A DNA stretch of 64,000 nucleotides, from positions 19,473 to 83,472 of the forward strand of contig JAZOOJ010000001.1 in assembly GCA_045655005.1 (NCBI GenBank), read 5' to 3'. This document shows, piece by piece, positions 38,166 to 48,002 of this stretch; the first letter of the stretch is position 1, and each line of letters starts with the position of its first letter. Source of the stretch: Clostridia bacterium (GTDB taxonomy: Bacteria > Bacillota > Clostridia > Christensenellales > UBA1242). The position numbers and the translations under genes are program-made. The notes below the pieces were generated by a model, which was not told the DNA's origin, searched no databases, and saw nothing but the letters and a program-made list of their open reading frames with translations.

Positions 38166-39308
38166 GTGGCAAATAATAAAAATTATTATGACATATTGGG
38201 AGTAAGCAAAAACGCAAGCGATGACGAAATTAAGTCAGCCTACCGAAGTCTTGCAAAAAAATATCACCCAGACTTAAATCCAGGCGACGCAAGTTGTGCT
38301 GAAAAATTAAAAGAAGTCAACGAAGCCTATTCGGTATTAAGTGACAAGCAAAAACGTTCTAACTACGACCAATTTGGATCAGCAGAAGGTTTTGCAGGGG
38401 CTTCCGGTGGCGGATTTGGTGGCTTTGGAGATTTTGCTAATGGATTTGGTGGCTTCGGTGATATTTTTGGTGATATGTTCAGCGGAATGTTCGGTGGTGG
38501 TGGAAGGAGTCAAAGGAACTCTGGACCTGCACCAATTCAAGGTGCTGACATTGATGTAAAGGTTAATATTTCATTTAAAGAAAGTTGTTTTGGAACCAAA
38601 AGAACCATTAAAGTTACAAGGAATGAAAGTTGTTCGGCTTGTAAAGGCACGGGTGCTAAAAATGGCACAGAGTTTGAAACGTGTTCGTCGTGTAGAGGTA
38701 GTGGCAGAGTCCGTGTTACACGCAATACCATACTTGGACAAATGGTTACCGAACAGGCTTGCACAGATTGTGGTGGAAGTGGTAAAAAGATTAAAGCCAA
38801 GTGTGATGCTTGTTCAGGTAAGGGTTACAATCGTGGAACCAAAGAGATTGAAGTTTCAATCCCTGGTGGCATAGAGCAAGGTCAAGTTCTTTATCTTCGT
38901 GGACAAGGCGAGGCGGGGAAAAATGGCGGACCTGCTGGCGACATACGAATTATAATTACTATTGAACCAAGTCGAATTTATACTCGCCAAGGAGCAGATT
39001 TATTCGTTGAAATGCCAATTCCGTTTACACTTGCATTAAGTGGCGGAACGGTTGATTTACCGTTGGTAGATGGCGGAGTTTATAAACTTGTAATCCCAGA
39101 ACTTACTCAACCAAATAGCGTCCTTACAATTCGTGGCAAGGGGGCAAAGGTGTTAAATAGGGATAATTATGGCTCAATCTATGTTAAAGTTATAGTGGAA
39201 ATGCCAAAATCGCTTTCGAAAGACCAAAAACGAAAATTGCAAGAAATTGCAGATGATTTTGAGAAAAGAGATTTCCCAAAGTCTTACGATTTCACAAAAA
39301 AGATGTAA
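38166..39308 (+). CDS. dnaJ: Molecular chaperone DnaJ
   Basis: J domain (YYDILGV...KYHPD), G/F region and four CxxCxGxG zinc motifs. GTG start. Confidence 0.95.
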   Translation: MANNKNYYDILGVSKNASDDEIKSAYRSLAKKYHPDLNPGDASCAEKLKEVNEAYSVLSDKQKRSNYDQFGSAEGFAGASGGGFGGFGDFANGFGGFGDIFGDMFSGMFGGGGRSQRNSGPAPIQGADIDVKVNISFKESCFGTKRTIKVTRNESCSACKGTGAKNGTEFETCSSCRGSGRVRVTRNTILGQMVTEQACTDCGGSGKKIKAKCDACSGKGYNRGTKEIEVSIPGGIEQGQVLYLRGQGEAGKNGGPAGDIRIIITIEPSRIYTRQGADLFVEMPIPFTLALSGGTVDLPLVDGGVYKLVIPELTQPNSVLTIRGKGAKVLNRDNYGSIYVKVIVEMPKSLSKDQKRKLQEIADDFEKRDFPKSYDFTKKM

Positions 39309-39311
39309 ATA

Positions 39312-39357
39312 AAAAGGTTGCCTTTAATGTATAGGGCGACCTTTTCATATTTTTTTG
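39312..39357 (+). terminator. Intrinsic terminator of the dnaK operon
   Basis: aaaaggttgcct-loop-agggcgacctttt with a T-tract downstream. Confidence 0.75.
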
Positions 39358-39380
39358 CAAATTATCATATTTTGTAATAT

Positions 39381-39992
39381 ATGGCATTTTTTAAACCCCA
39401 AGACATCAAACAGTTTGTAATAACTAACAAAATTTTATTTTTAATTTCTTTTTTATTCATTATTATAGGAATTGCAATAGGTGTCATCGTTGAAATCAAA
39501 ACAACCGATACTTTGACCATATTTGCAAGTTCGACAGCGTCGTTGACCGATATTATAACAGGTGATTACAGTGCAGGAACGCTATTTTTAAATTGCTTTA
39601 AGAAGGTATTTCTAGCAGTCATTATTTTGTTTGTGTTTAGTTTGACGAAATTTACAAGTTTTCTAAACTATATTTACCTAGCATACCAAGGAATGCTTGT
39701 GTCGGCAACTGCGACGAATTTAATATATTTAAATGGGTTAACGGGTGCGTTAAACGTCGTCTTATTTACAATTCCGGTAAACCTTATAAATCTTATAATT
39801 ATAGCATATGCTTCAAGTTTATTTATTAAACGCAGAGAATATCAAAAGACGTATAATAAAGCATTTTTAGGTTCATTCTCAGCCTATTTAGGGCAATTTG
39901 TAGGGCTTATTATAGGGATTGTTTTGGCGTCGGCGATATATGGGGTTATTTATCCAATACTACTTCGTTCAATCGTTGTAATAAGTTACTAA
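39381..39992 (+). CDS. Polytopic membrane protein, possibly SpoIIM-like
   Basis: About 200 aa with 5 predicted TM segments. LFTIPVNLINLIIIAYAS resembles the SpoIIM LPQNLLLIPAY segment. The match is weak. Confidence 0.4.
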   Translation: MAFFKPQDIKQFVITNKILFLISFLFIIIGIAIGVIVEIKTTDTLTIFASSTASLTDIITGDYSAGTLFLNCFKKVFLAVIILFVFSLTKFTSFLNYIYLAYQGMLVSATATNLIYLNGLTGALNVVLFTIPVNLINLIIIAYASSLFIKRREYQKTYNKAFLGSFSAYLGQFVGLIIGIVLASAIYGVIYPILLRSIVVISY

Positions 39993-40050
39993 AAAGTAAA
40001 ACCACCTGTTGTAACTTGCCAACAAGTGGTTTTATTTTGCCTAAAATTAT

Positions 40051-40359
40051 TTAGGCTGATTGACGACGACCTTCATTATACTTGTCAAACACAGCGATTT
40101 TTGTTTCTCTGTCTGGCACCGCACACAGGCAAGGTAAATTTTCGCTGTTGTAGCGAATCCCAAAAACCATTACCTTGTTTGGTTGTGCGTTAGGGAAGTC
40201 AATCGGAGGCTTTACAATTGCATAATTGTTATTTTTGTGTTTGATTAGGTCAAGAATAGACAAGGAATACTTTTTGCCGTCCTTTCCCCTAAGCATAACA
40301 TTATTATCCCTGCTGGCTTTAAGACCTGCAAGAATTGCTTTTTGCTCTTTTTCTTCCAT
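40051..40359 (-). CDS. Small DUF1292-like protein
   Basis: About 100 aa. The pattern DGKKYSLSILDLIKHKNNNYAIV...VMVFGI...AVPDRE...VFDKY resembles DUF1292 proteins of Firmicutes. aaggggga RBS. Confidence 0.45.
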   Translation of the reverse strand: MEEKEQKAILAGLKASRDNNVMLRGKDGKKYSLSILDLIKHKNNNYAIVKPPIDFPNAQPNKVMVFGIRYNSENLPCLCAVPDRETKIAVFDKYNEGRRQSA

Positions 40360-40595
40360 TAATTGTTGTCCCCCTTAAAAATCTTTGCAATAGAAATGCT
40401 GAATTAATTTAAAATTCAGTAAACTATTGTAATGAAAGTATAACATAATAATAAGCAAAAATCAATATCTAAGCCAAAAATTGATTAATATAAGTTTTGT
40501 GTTAAAGATAAATAAACGCAATTTCAAAGACTGAAATTGTTGACTAAGTGGTAGGTTTATGGTAATATAAAAGGTGATTATAAGCACTGGGAGAT

Positions 40596-41591
40596 GTGTG
40601 GAAAGATTTTATGTTAGACCAATATATAGTTAAATCAAAAAGTTTTATAAATCTTTGCAATGATTGTAAAAAAGACAAAATGCCACATGCTGTAATGCTT
40701 GTGTCAAGCGATGGAGTATATGCTGAAAAATATGCGGAAAATCTTGCAAAATTGTTGCTATGTGGCAACAAAATTGATGGTTGTTTTTGCAATGAATGCA
40801 ATGTATGCAACAATGTTCAAAAAGGTGTCCACCCAGATGTTATAAGGTTTGGGAAAGACGATACAATTTCAAGTGAAGACGCCAGTAAGATTATTGACAG
40901 TGTTATAATCGGTCCATATTCAGCCGAAAGAAAGGTATATATTTTATATAACTATGATAATGTTAATAAGACGGTCGAAAATAAACTTTTAAAAACCTTA
41001 GAAGAACCACCAAGTTATTGTACATTTATCTTAGTTGTAAAAAATGTAAATAAACTTTTACAGACAACACTAAGCCGAACAAGAAAACTTTATTTAGAGG
41101 GGCTTTCGATTGAACAATTAACCAATATATTGCAGAAAAAGAATGTGGAAGATGCAGAACTTGTAGCAATTCAGTCTTGTGGCAGTTTGGGAAAAGCGGA
41201 AAATTATTCAAAAAACAACGATGCAAAACTAATTATGAATTTTGTGTCAGGGTGTCTGATAAATATGAATGATACAACTTCGATTGTTGAGTATGCCTTA
41301 AAGTTTGAAGAATTTTCCAATCAATTTGAAGATGTTATTAACACTTTTGCATTAGTCGCTTTTGACGCTTTAAAGGTTAAGGTAGGTGTATTAAATTTAG
41401 TAGATAATAAACTAAATATTGACAAAATAAAAAAAATTGCTGAAAATATCTCTATAACGGCATTAACAAAAATTATAGAGCAGACTTATAAAGCAAAAGA
41501 AATGAAAGATGCAAATGTAGTTGTTCAAAATATAATAGACCAATTTTTATTAAAAATTGTGGAGGTAAAATTAAAGTGCAGGACGAGATAG
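40596..41591 (+). CDS. holB: DNA polymerase III subunit delta prime (HolB)
   Basis: PHAVMLVS...Cys-rich zinc module CFCNECNVCNNVQKGVHPDV...LLKTLEEPP. Synteny with ricT. The start is uncertain (GTG 40596 or ATG 40611). Confidence 0.85.
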   Translation: MWKDFMLDQYIVKSKSFINLCNDCKKDKMPHAVMLVSSDGVYAEKYAENLAKLLLCGNKIDGCFCNECNVCNNVQKGVHPDVIRFGKDDTISSEDASKIIDSVIIGPYSAERKVYILYNYDNVNKTVENKLLKTLEEPPSYCTFILVVKNVNKLLQTTLSRTRKLYLEGLSIEQLTNILQKKNVEDAELVAIQSCGSLGKAENYSKNNDAKLIMNFVSGCLINMNDTTSIVEYALKFEEFSNQFEDVINTFALVAFDALKVKVGVLNLVDNKLNIDKIKKIAENISITALTKIIEQTYKAKEMKDANVVVQNIIDQFLLKIVEVKLKCRTR

Positions 41592-42673
41592 AAGTTGTAG
41601 GTATTAAATATAAACAAAATTCAAAGATATATTATTTTAATCCAAGAAATTTAGATTTAGAGATAAATGATGAAGTCTTAGTTGATACTGCAAACGGAGT
41701 AGTAAATGCAATAGTTGCAATGAAAGCAAAAAAGGTGTCAAAATCTGAAATTGAAGAACCGTTAAAAAATGTAATCAGAAAGTTGACAGACAAAGACCGA
41801 TTGCAAATTGAAAGGAATAAAAAGCGTGCGGAAGAAAGTAAGCCGATTATAATGTCAAAGATTAATGCGCTTGGTCTTCCTATGAACTTGACAGATGTTG
41901 AGTATACATTTGATGAAGGCAAAGTTACAATTTCTTACACAAGTGAAGACCGTGTGGATTTCAGAGAACTTTTAAAAGTTCTCGCAAGTACATTAAGGGT
42001 TAAAATTGAACTTAGGCAAATTAGTACAAGAGAAGAAGTTAAGTCGGTTGGGGCGTTGGGGCTTTGTGGCAGAGAGTGTTGTTGCACAAAGTTTTTAAAT
42101 GAACCCGCTCATGTTGTCGTAAAAATGGCAAAATTACAAAATCTTTCAATGTCACCAACAAAGACAGGTGGTGCTTGTGGCAGAATGATGTGTTGTTTGG
42201 CTTACGAAGAATCTTTTTATAAAGAAATGCAAGACAAAATGCCAAGAGTTGGTTCAAAGATTACAACTCCAGATGGTGAAGGCGTTGTGCAATATAATAA
42301 CTTACTTAAAGGATTAGTTACCGTTAAGATTTTTCAAAATGATGATAGTTATAAAATTCAAGAGTTTAGTTTAAAAGAACTTGGGCTTGAAATAGAAAAT
42401 GAAATAGATGGTAACGAAATAAAGGAAACACTGCAAAAAAGTGATAAAGAAAACGAACAGGTACAAAATTTAGTTGCCAATGAAACAGTAAATGAATATA
42501 ATAATTTTATCGGTGAAGAAAAAAGTGTTGTTAAGTCAAATGAAGATCAGTCTGATGTAAAATCTCAAAACACTGACAGAAGCAAAGAACACAAAAACTT
42601 TAATCGAAAATTTGGTTTTAAGAAAAACAAATTTAAAAACCAAAACAACAATCATAAAAAGGGAGAGAATTAA
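41576..42673 (+). CDS. ricT: PSP1-domain protein RicT (YaaT)
   Basis: PSP1 core with Cys cluster LGLCGRECCCTKFL...GACGRMMCCLAYE. Follows holB as in Bacillus. Confidence 0.88.
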   Translation: MQDEIEVVGIKYKQNSKIYYFNPRNLDLEINDEVLVDTANGVVNAIVAMKAKKVSKSEIEEPLKNVIRKLTDKDRLQIERNKKRAEESKPIIMSKINALGLPMNLTDVEYTFDEGKVTISYTSEDRVDFRELLKVLASTLRVKIELRQISTREEVKSVGALGLCGRECCCTKFLNEPAHVVVKMAKLQNLSMSPTKTGGACGRMMCCLAYEESFYKEMQDKMPRVGSKITTPDGEGVVQYNNLLKGLVTVKIFQNDDSYKIQEFSLKELGLEIENEIDGNEIKETLQKSDKENEQVQNLVANETVNEYNNFIGEEKSVVKSNEDQSDVKSQNTDRSKEHKNFNRKFGFKKNKFKNQNNNHKKGEN

Positions 42674-42674
42674 A

Positions 42675-42860
42675 ATGGCTTACAAAATTAGTGAAAAATG
42701 TATTTCTTGCGGAGCGTGTGCAGAAAATTGCCCAGTTGGTGCAATTTCAATGGGAGAAGGTCAATTTGTAATTGATCCAGACAAATGCATTTCTTGTGGA
42801 TTATGTGAAAGCGTTTGTCCAGTAAGTGCACCAGCACCAAATACAGATGATAATAACTAA
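42675..42860 (+). CDS. 2x[4Fe-4S] ferredoxin (61 aa)
   Basis: CISCGACAENCP and CISCGLCESVCP motifs. Start at ATG 42675 with a gggagag RBS. Confidence 0.85.
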   Translation: MAYKISEKCISCGACAENCPVGAISMGEGQFVIDPDKCISCGLCESVCPVSAPAPNTDDNN

Positions 42861-42861
42861 T

Positions 42862-43512
42862 ATGAAAAATATCGAATTATTACAGCAAATAGCAAGTGAT
42901 AATAATTGGGAATTGGATTACCTTACCGATGGTAGTCCAATTTTTCAAAATAAAAATTTATACACTTTTACAAGCGATAGTGTTGTGCTTGCGAGATTTG
43001 TTGACGAAGAAAATATAAGCCATTTAGTTGACTTTTGCAGTGGTAGTGGAATTGTTGGACTGGAAGTTGCTGGTCGGATAGATGTGCAAACTTTAAGTCA
43101 ATTTGAAATCCAAAAAGAATTAGCTGAAGTAGCAATAATGACCGCAAAATATAACGAAACAAATACAAACATAAAAGTTTACAATATAAGTTTAGAAAAT
43201 GCCAAAAACCACGTCAGTGATGTAGATGTTATTGTTTGTAATCCTCCATATTTTAAAAAAGGCAGTGGAAAGATTAATGAGTCGTCAAGTAAGTCTCTTG
43301 CTCGCCATGAGCTTTCAATTACACTTGAAGACATCTTTCAAAGTGCAAAAGAAATTTTAAAAAGTGGTGGAAGTTTATACTTTATTCACATAATTGAAAG
43401 AGAAAAAGAGATGACTAAACTTGCTAAAAAATATAATTTTGAAGAACAAAAGAAGTTGGTTTTGGAAGGCAACAAGTTGGTTAGATTTTTAGTTAAATAT
43501 ATAAAAAAATGA
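42862..43512 (+). CDS. SAM-dependent methyltransferase, tRNA m6A37 TrmN6/YabB-like
   Basis: DFCSGSGIVGLE SAM motif and VCNPPYF (NPPY) motif. Syntenic with Bacillus yabB downstream of yaaT. Confidence 0.75.
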   Translation: MKNIELLQQIASDNNWELDYLTDGSPIFQNKNLYTFTSDSVVLARFVDEENISHLVDFCSGSGIVGLEVAGRIDVQTLSQFEIQKELAEVAIMTAKYNETNTNIKVYNISLENAKNHVSDVDVIVCNPPYFKKGSGKINESSSKSLARHELSITLEDIFQSAKEILKSGGSLYFIHIIEREKEMTKLAKKYNFEEQKKLVLEGNKLVRFLVKYIKK

Positions 43513-43536
43513 GGTTGCAAATCAACTTCATTTTTT
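43511..43536 (+). terminator. Intrinsic terminator
   Basis: gaggttg-caaat-caacttc followed by atttttt. Confidence 0.65.
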
Positions 43537-43697
43537 ATACTCTTAGAACATTTAAAAATATAAATTGTCGCAAAAACTAACTTGTTGAGTTTCGATAATG
43601 GCTTCAAAGTTGGTGTTTTTTGGAATCTTTATGTTTTAGCGAGTGTTTTATTGATGGTGTGTATTTAACATTAAAGCGGTATAAAATATCTATAAAA

Positions 43698-44204
43698 TCA
43701 ACTAAAAATTCTAACAAAAATGCACGAAGCTATTGAGCCACAAAAAGATGCAATTATGCAAATCGGAATCGTGTATCTAAGTTTTTTTACATTAGTTGTA
43801 GAAAAGTAAACGGCGGTTACATAAAAAATTGTATCGCTTGCACCAACCACAACGCTTGCACATCTACCTATATAACTGTCGGCACCGTAGCGAATAAAAA
43901 TATCTTTTACAATTGCAAGTGATCCATTGCCAGAAAATGGACGCAGAATAATCAATTTGGAAAGTTCAGTTGGAATTCCAACAGCAGATAATATTGGTTC
44001 ACACAGCACACAAAGTTTATCTGAAATACCACTTGCGTCCATAAGCGTTACAAAAATGAAAATTGCACAAAGGTAGGGAAATATTGAAATTACAAGACTA
44101 ACTGCTTCACTGCAACCTTTAACAAAAAAGTCATAAGCTGGCACATTTTTAATGATGCAATAGACGAAAATAATTAAGAACAGAACAGGAACAACATATA
44201 TCAT
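43698..44204 (-). CDS. spmB: Spore maturation protein B
   Basis: Nucleoside-recognition-type membrane protein immediately downstream of, and overlapping, spmA. About 170 aa. Confidence 0.75.
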   Translation of the reverse strand: MIYVVPVLFLIIFVYCIIKNVPAYDFFVKGCSEAVSLVISIFPYLCAIFIFVTLMDASGISDKLCVLCEPILSAVGIPTELSKLIILRPFSGNGSLAIVKDIFIRYGADSYIGRCASVVVGASDTIFYVTAVYFSTTNVKKLRYTIPICIIASFCGSIASCIFVRIFS

Positions 44205-44791
44205 TTTTGGCTTGCTCCATTTTTAATTTTTTTAGAAAATTTTTCGCAAAGTTTAGCAAGAATAACACCAATAATGGTTGTCACAAGACCTGCTAAAATA
44301 GTAGGCAAAATTATAAATGCGGGGCTAGTACTTCCCGATGCAATCATCATACCCATAACAGTTGTAGGGATAAGTTGAACGCCAGAACTTGCAAATACAA
44401 TTGTCATAATCATTGGGAAAGTTGCAATACCACTTTTATTGTCCATTTCTTCAATTGCTTTAATACCAAGGGGAATTGAGGCTCCGCCGATGCCAAGGAC
44501 GCTTGTTGAAAGTGACAGGGAGAGATATTTTTTTGCTTTATCGCTCATAGATTTTTTGCCCCAAAGAAGATTAATTAGTGGTGAGAGAAGCCTTGATAAA
44601 AACTCACTTAATTTTGTATTCTCGACAATTCCTAAAATTCCAAGCCAGACGGCGTATATTGCAAGCAATTCAAATGAAAGTGTTAATGCACTATTGGTGG
44701 CACCAATCATTGATGGTAAAATGCTTTCGGGAGAAGCAATTGTCAGCATTATACAAGCAAGTAAACAGACTATTATCCAAATTTTGTTCAT
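44201..44791 (-). CDS. spmA: Spore maturation protein A
   Basis: Aligns by eye with B. subtilis SpmA (WLGILGIVE..., GASIPLGIKAIEEM, VQLIPTTV). Start set at MNKIWIIV (ATG 44791). Confidence 0.8.
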   Translation of the reverse strand: MNKIWIIVCLLACIMLTIASPESILPSMIGATNSALTLSFELLAIYAVWLGILGIVENTKLSEFLSRLLSPLINLLWGKKSMSDKAKKYLSLSLSTSVLGIGGASIPLGIKAIEEMDNKSGIATFPMIMTIVFASSGVQLIPTTVMGMMIASGSTSPAFIILPTILAGLVTTIIGVILAKLCEKFSKKIKNGASQK

Positions 44792-44899
44792 AGTTAATTT
44801 TATTAAAAAGCAAAGCCTACTATGACCTAATTGTCTATATGAATTGACATTTGTTTTAGTTTTATTGTATAATTGCAAGGTAAAAATTAGGAGAATGAT

Positions 44900-45742
44900 A
44901 TGTCAAAGAAAAAACCTCGTGAAGAATATATAAAACCTGATAGAATTACAGAGTTTGCGGTTGATAGTCATGCACATCTTTTTGATGAGTGTGATGTGGA
45001 AAATATTATAAAAAATATGACCAGCGATGGGTTGTGTGCGATTGTTAATATGGCTGGAAGTATTGAATCAGTAAAGTATGCCAGCATGCTTTCAAAAGAG
45101 AATGACAACATTTATTATATGTTCGGTTTGCACCCATATAATACTGATATGTATAATAGTGAATATATAAATTTAATAAAAAAGTTGACAGCCGAAGATA
45201 AGGGCAAATTAGTTGGGCTTGGAGAAATTGGTTTAGATTATCATGTAGAATTGCCAACAAGAGAAGAACAAATTGAGTGCTTTATAAATCAAATAAAACT
45301 TGCTGACGAGTTATGTCTTCCAATATCATTGCATATAAGAGATGCTCACGCTGATGCAATTCAAATTTTAAAAGGCAATAAGAAATATATTAATAATGGT
45401 GGAATAATTCATTGTTTTTCGGGAGGAGTTGAGGAGGTTAAAGAATATTTACAACTTGGTTTTCATATTTCCATTTCAGGAGCTGTGACTTTTAAGAAAA
45501 AAAGTGAAGAATTGACAGACCTTGAACTTGCCATAAAAGAAGTTCCGTTAAACAAACTTTTAATTGAAACAGACGCCCCATTTTTATGCCCTATGCCATA
45601 CAGGGGATTAAACAATGAACCTAAATATGTTTTAGTTACCGCTATGCATATTGCAGATTTATTAAAGATAGATGTTAACGAATTAATAAAAATAACAAGA
45701 TACAATGCACAGGAATTATTGAAAATAAAAAAGACTAAATAG
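44900..45742 (+). CDS. tatD: TatD family metal-dependent hydrolase
   Basis: VDSHAHL, GEIGLDY, SLHIRDA, HCFSG and ETDAPF motifs. Confidence 0.9.
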   Translation: MSKKKPREEYIKPDRITEFAVDSHAHLFDECDVENIIKNMTSDGLCAIVNMAGSIESVKYASMLSKENDNIYYMFGLHPYNTDMYNSEYINLIKKLTAEDKGKLVGLGEIGLDYHVELPTREEQIECFINQIKLADELCLPISLHIRDAHADAIQILKGNKKYINNGGIIHCFSGGVEEVKEYLQLGFHISISGAVTFKKKSEELTDLELAIKEVPLNKLLIETDAPFLCPMPYRGLNNEPKYVLVTAMHIADLLKIDVNELIKITRYNAQELLKIKKTK

Positions 45743-45932
45743 CGTATGGTGGCAATGCTATTTAGTCTAAAACTTATGACATCATTAGTAAATTAGTTTG
45801 CACTAAATAAGGGATTTGTTGCTGGTGCAAAATTTATCTAACAGTTCATCACAAACTTTATCATAAGTGTATTAATATTTTCTTACAAATAGTTTTAGAT
45901 ATACAAGGAAAACACTAAAAAAGGGGAAAAAT

Positions 45933-46781
45933 ATGTCGAAAAATGTTAGTGAAAAAAATACAAGGTTTGACGGTCATCAATTCAAAAAGTCGCTTGGACA
46001 AAATTTTATCAGTGACACAAATCTTTTAAATGCAATTGGTGAAGACTCTGGCGTTACAAAAGATGATTTTGTTGTTGAAGTGGGAGCGGGGGCTGGAACT
46101 TTAACTGAAATAATTTCAAAACGCTCAAAAAAAATGATATCATTTGAAGTAGATATAAGTCTGGAAGTAAGGCTATCTTCTCTTGAAAAAAACCTTGATA
46201 ATCTTAAGGTTTATTTTAAAGATATTATGGATGTGGATTTATCTGAACTTCCTAAGTTGTTTAATGAAACCAGTGAAAATTTTACTTATAAAGTTGTGGC
46301 AAATCTACCTTATTACATTACAACTCCAATAATCTTTAAGTTCTTGCAAGACACATCAAGACTTAAAAGTTTAACTATTATGGTTCAAAAAGAGGTAGGG
46401 GAAAGAATTATTGCCAACCCTAAAACTTCTGATTATGGTGCACTTTCTGCGATGGTTGCCTTTTATGGTAATGCAAAAATAACAAGAATTGTGAAAAAGC
46501 AAAATTTCTATCCAATGCCAAAGGTGGATTCGTGTATTGTAAGAATTGATATTGACAAAACTAAGTTTGCAGGTGTCAGCGAAGAATCCTATAAAAAACT
46601 TATCAGGACAGCTTTTAATAATAGAAGAAAAACTTTGGTGCATAACTTAACCCACGAAATGGGGTTAAAAAAAGAAGAAGTAATTGGTGCGTTAGACAAA
46701 ATCAGCTTATCAGATAAAGTTCGTGGTGAAGAGTTAACTGCTGAAAAGTTTGTAGAACTTATGAAAGAACTTAAAATATAG
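45933..46781 (+). CDS. rsmA: 16S rRNA (adenine1518/1519-N6)-dimethyltransferase RsmA/KsgA
   Basis: KKSLGQNFI, VEVGAGAGTLT and VANLPYYITTPI motifs. Confidence 0.93.
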   Translation: MSKNVSEKNTRFDGHQFKKSLGQNFISDTNLLNAIGEDSGVTKDDFVVEVGAGAGTLTEIISKRSKKMISFEVDISLEVRLSSLEKNLDNLKVYFKDIMDVDLSELPKLFNETSENFTYKVVANLPYYITTPIIFKFLQDTSRLKSLTIMVQKEVGERIIANPKTSDYGALSAMVAFYGNAKITRIVKKQNFYPMPKVDSCIVRIDIDKTKFAGVSEESYKKLIRTAFNNRRKTLVHNLTHEMGLKKEEVIGALDKISLSDKVRGEELTAEKFVELMKELKI

Positions 46782-46810
46782 GTGTGGGCTTAAAATATAC
46801 ATTAAAAGTT

Positions 46811-46847
46811 AAAGTACGACAAAATTTGTATTGTCGTACTTTTTTTA
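46811..46847 (+). terminator. Intrinsic terminator after rsmA
   Basis: aaagtacgacaa-aatttgta-ttgtcgtacttt followed by ttttt. Confidence 0.85.
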
Positions 46848-46892
46848 TTTGTCTACAATTGTTTTATAAAAGAATATGGAGAAATATTTTAA

Positions 46893-47909
46893 ATGCAAGA
46901 TAAAACTATGATAATAATGGAACCGACTGAGAGTGACTCTGAAAAACGCGCTTGTTTATATATAGAGCGTTCGGTGTTGGGGATTGTTTCATTGCTTAAT
47001 ATGTTTAATATGGATAGGTCTAGGGAATACAAACTGCTTTTGATTGATGACGACGGCGGAGTTGCGACTGAAATCATTTCAGATAACTATAAATTATTTA
47101 GGCTGCCTAAAAACTTTTCTTTAAATAGTGATATGTATGCAGAATTGTATGATGGCGATGAATTAGTGCTTACAGGTCAACATTTTGCTGAAAATATTGG
47201 TATTAACCTTGCAAAGGAATGGCTTAGATATAATGAAGATGGGTGTGATAAGTTAAAATTTGATGAACAAAACCATAACAATATTATTCCATTTGACAAA
47301 AACACAAAGCCCCTTTCTGCAAAAGAATGGGCGGAACAAAGTGGTCAAAGTGATTTATTTGAGTCGGCAACGCAAATTCTAGACAAGTTTAGAGATGGGC
47401 TTTATAACTTTTCTGTTGTAAAAGAAGACGAATCTAATAATTATGAAAACATATCAAATATCATCAGTGCCGATAGCACACTTGTAGGCAATAATGAAAG
47501 AACTGAAAGTCTTGAAGCCAAAACGAGTGATGGAAAAGAAGAGGATTTTTCTCCAACGCTGACTTACTGGCAGTCAATAGAAGATGATTTCGAAGAACTT
47601 TTTTTCTTAGGGAAACGAGAGCAGGTGCTTGAAAATATGTTTAAAAATAGTATGTGGACAAGAAGTTTATTTAAGGGTGAAGAAATGTGTTTCGGTAAAA
47701 TATACAAGGAATCTAGCCACTTTTACGGTGCTACGCCTGACATAGTAGCACTTGCGATTCCCGTTTTAAGCAAAAAAGAGGAGAAAGGCCTGCTTGGAAG
47801 TTTTTCAAGTTATGTAAAATTAAACAATGTTAATGACGGTGGTTTTATGGTGTTATTGCAAGATGCAGAAAGTGGTAGAGCTATTAAAATAATAAAAAAT
47901 AAAGGTTGA
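46893..47909 (+). CDS. Hypothetical protein (338 aa)
   Basis: Long ORF with a ggagaa RBS. No motif recognised. Confidence 0.6.
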   Translation: MQDKTMIIMEPTESDSEKRACLYIERSVLGIVSLLNMFNMDRSREYKLLLIDDDGGVATEIISDNYKLFRLPKNFSLNSDMYAELYDGDELVLTGQHFAENIGINLAKEWLRYNEDGCDKLKFDEQNHNNIIPFDKNTKPLSAKEWAEQSGQSDLFESATQILDKFRDGLYNFSVVKEDESNNYENISNIISADSTLVGNNERTESLEAKTSDGKEEDFSPTLTYWQSIEDDFEELFFLGKREQVLENMFKNSMWTRSLFKGEEMCFGKIYKESSHFYGATPDIVALAIPVLSKKEEKGLLGSFSSYVKLNNVNDGGFMVLLQDAESGRAIKIIKNKG

Positions 47910-48002
47910 CATAAGATGTGTGATTGATGTAAAATTAACAAGTAAGGTTATATTAATATTACAAATTATTTTTTATATAAGAAGGTCGAGGATTTTATTT
48001 TT

